From NCBI GenBank assembly GCA_031835245.2, contig JAVKOQ020000089.1, positions 1-64,000 on the forward strand: a stretch of DNA of 64,000 bases, in the 5' to 3' direction. Within the stretch, counting starts at the first letter, position 1. Each line of letters starts with the position of its first letter. This stretch comes from Balamuthia mandrillaris (Eukaryota). The position numbers and the translations under genes were made by a program. The notes below the pieces were generated by a model. That model saw only the letters and a list, made by a program, of their open reading frames with translations, searched no databases and had not been told where the DNA came from. Positions 63,441 to 64,000 of this stretch are shown here, one piece after another.

Positions 63441-64000
63441 TCTTTCTCCTCTTGTCTTTCTTTTTTGTTCTTGTGGCTATCTTGCCCTAAACTATCAAAA
63501 TAAAAGAACTACCAACTGCAGAAGACGAAGAAGACAGAAAGAAGAAACGGAGGCAACTGACCAGTGACTCTTGCTTAGACCAATATTCGCTATCGTCGTC
63601 ACCTTCAGGACTTCGAAAAAGAACAAACAGCAAAAGAAGACGAGCAAAATCTTCTAAACATTCTGACAACCACAGAAAAAGAGGAACTGAGCTAGAAGCC
63701 CTTCTTACAAGAAATGGAGGAGTCAAAAAGCAAGAGCACGACAAAGACATACTTCTTCCTTCGTTCTCCGCCGCTAATTCGCTAGAAGCATTGAAAGAAG
63801 CAGAAGTAGCAGCGGAACCCGAAACAAAACCAGAAGTAGGAGAGCCAGTCTTAAACTTTGAAGACCTTTTGCCGGACTTGAGAGATGGAATGAAGGTGTT
63901 GACGAAAGACTCGTTCACTCGATGCTTCACGAGCCACACTCCTCGTCCTTGGAACTGGAACTTTTACTTGTATCCGTTGTGGTTGATGGGTATCTTTATT
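62765..64000 (+). CDS. Glycerol-3-phosphate acyltransferase GPAT3/4/9-like, 5' part; truncated by window end
   Basis: The last open frame reads LTKDSFTRCFTSHTPRPWNWNFYLYPLWLMGIFI, matching the GPAT9-type DSFTRCF..P.PWNWN.YL.PL motif. Linkage to the upstream exons is inferred. Confidence 0.8.

Noticed and set aside
1..64000. Transposon or endogenous virus insertion
   Set aside because: No transposase, reverse transcriptase, integrase, capsid or terminal repeats recognised.

Overview
Gene-dense eukaryotic nuclear DNA with short GT-AG introns, many of them carrying (CT)n or poly-pyrimidine tracts. The two 5S rRNA genes closely resemble the Acanthamoeba-type 5S as I recall it, so the source is probably an amoebozoan (Centramoebida, e.g. 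Balamuthia/Acanthamoeba relatives); this is an inference. About 25 protein genes are readable. Recognisable housekeeping genes: CCDC130/YJU2B, SCAMP, a YVH1/DUSP12-like phosphatase, DcpS, glutaminyl-tRNA synthetase, RPS28, RPL22, PGS1, a classical PTP and a partial GPAT3/9. There are also several F-box, RING and SWIM proteins. Most notable: (1) an MJ1316 + EEP phosphoesterase + poly(A) polymerase fusion, a candidate single-chain RNA end-repair/tailing enzyme; (2) a phage/bacterial-type GHKL ATPase fused to a coiled coil and a RING finger; (3) a USP9/24-type N-terminal region joined to an F-box instead of a deubiquitinase domain; (4) an exact 58-bp frameshifting tandem duplication in DcpS; (5) a recurrent TGTCGACA/TATCGATA palindrome near gene 5' ends; (6) a tRNA-like minihelix followed by a T-run. 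Family calls come from recognising motifs by eye, with no database search. Splice sites and some start codons are approximate.
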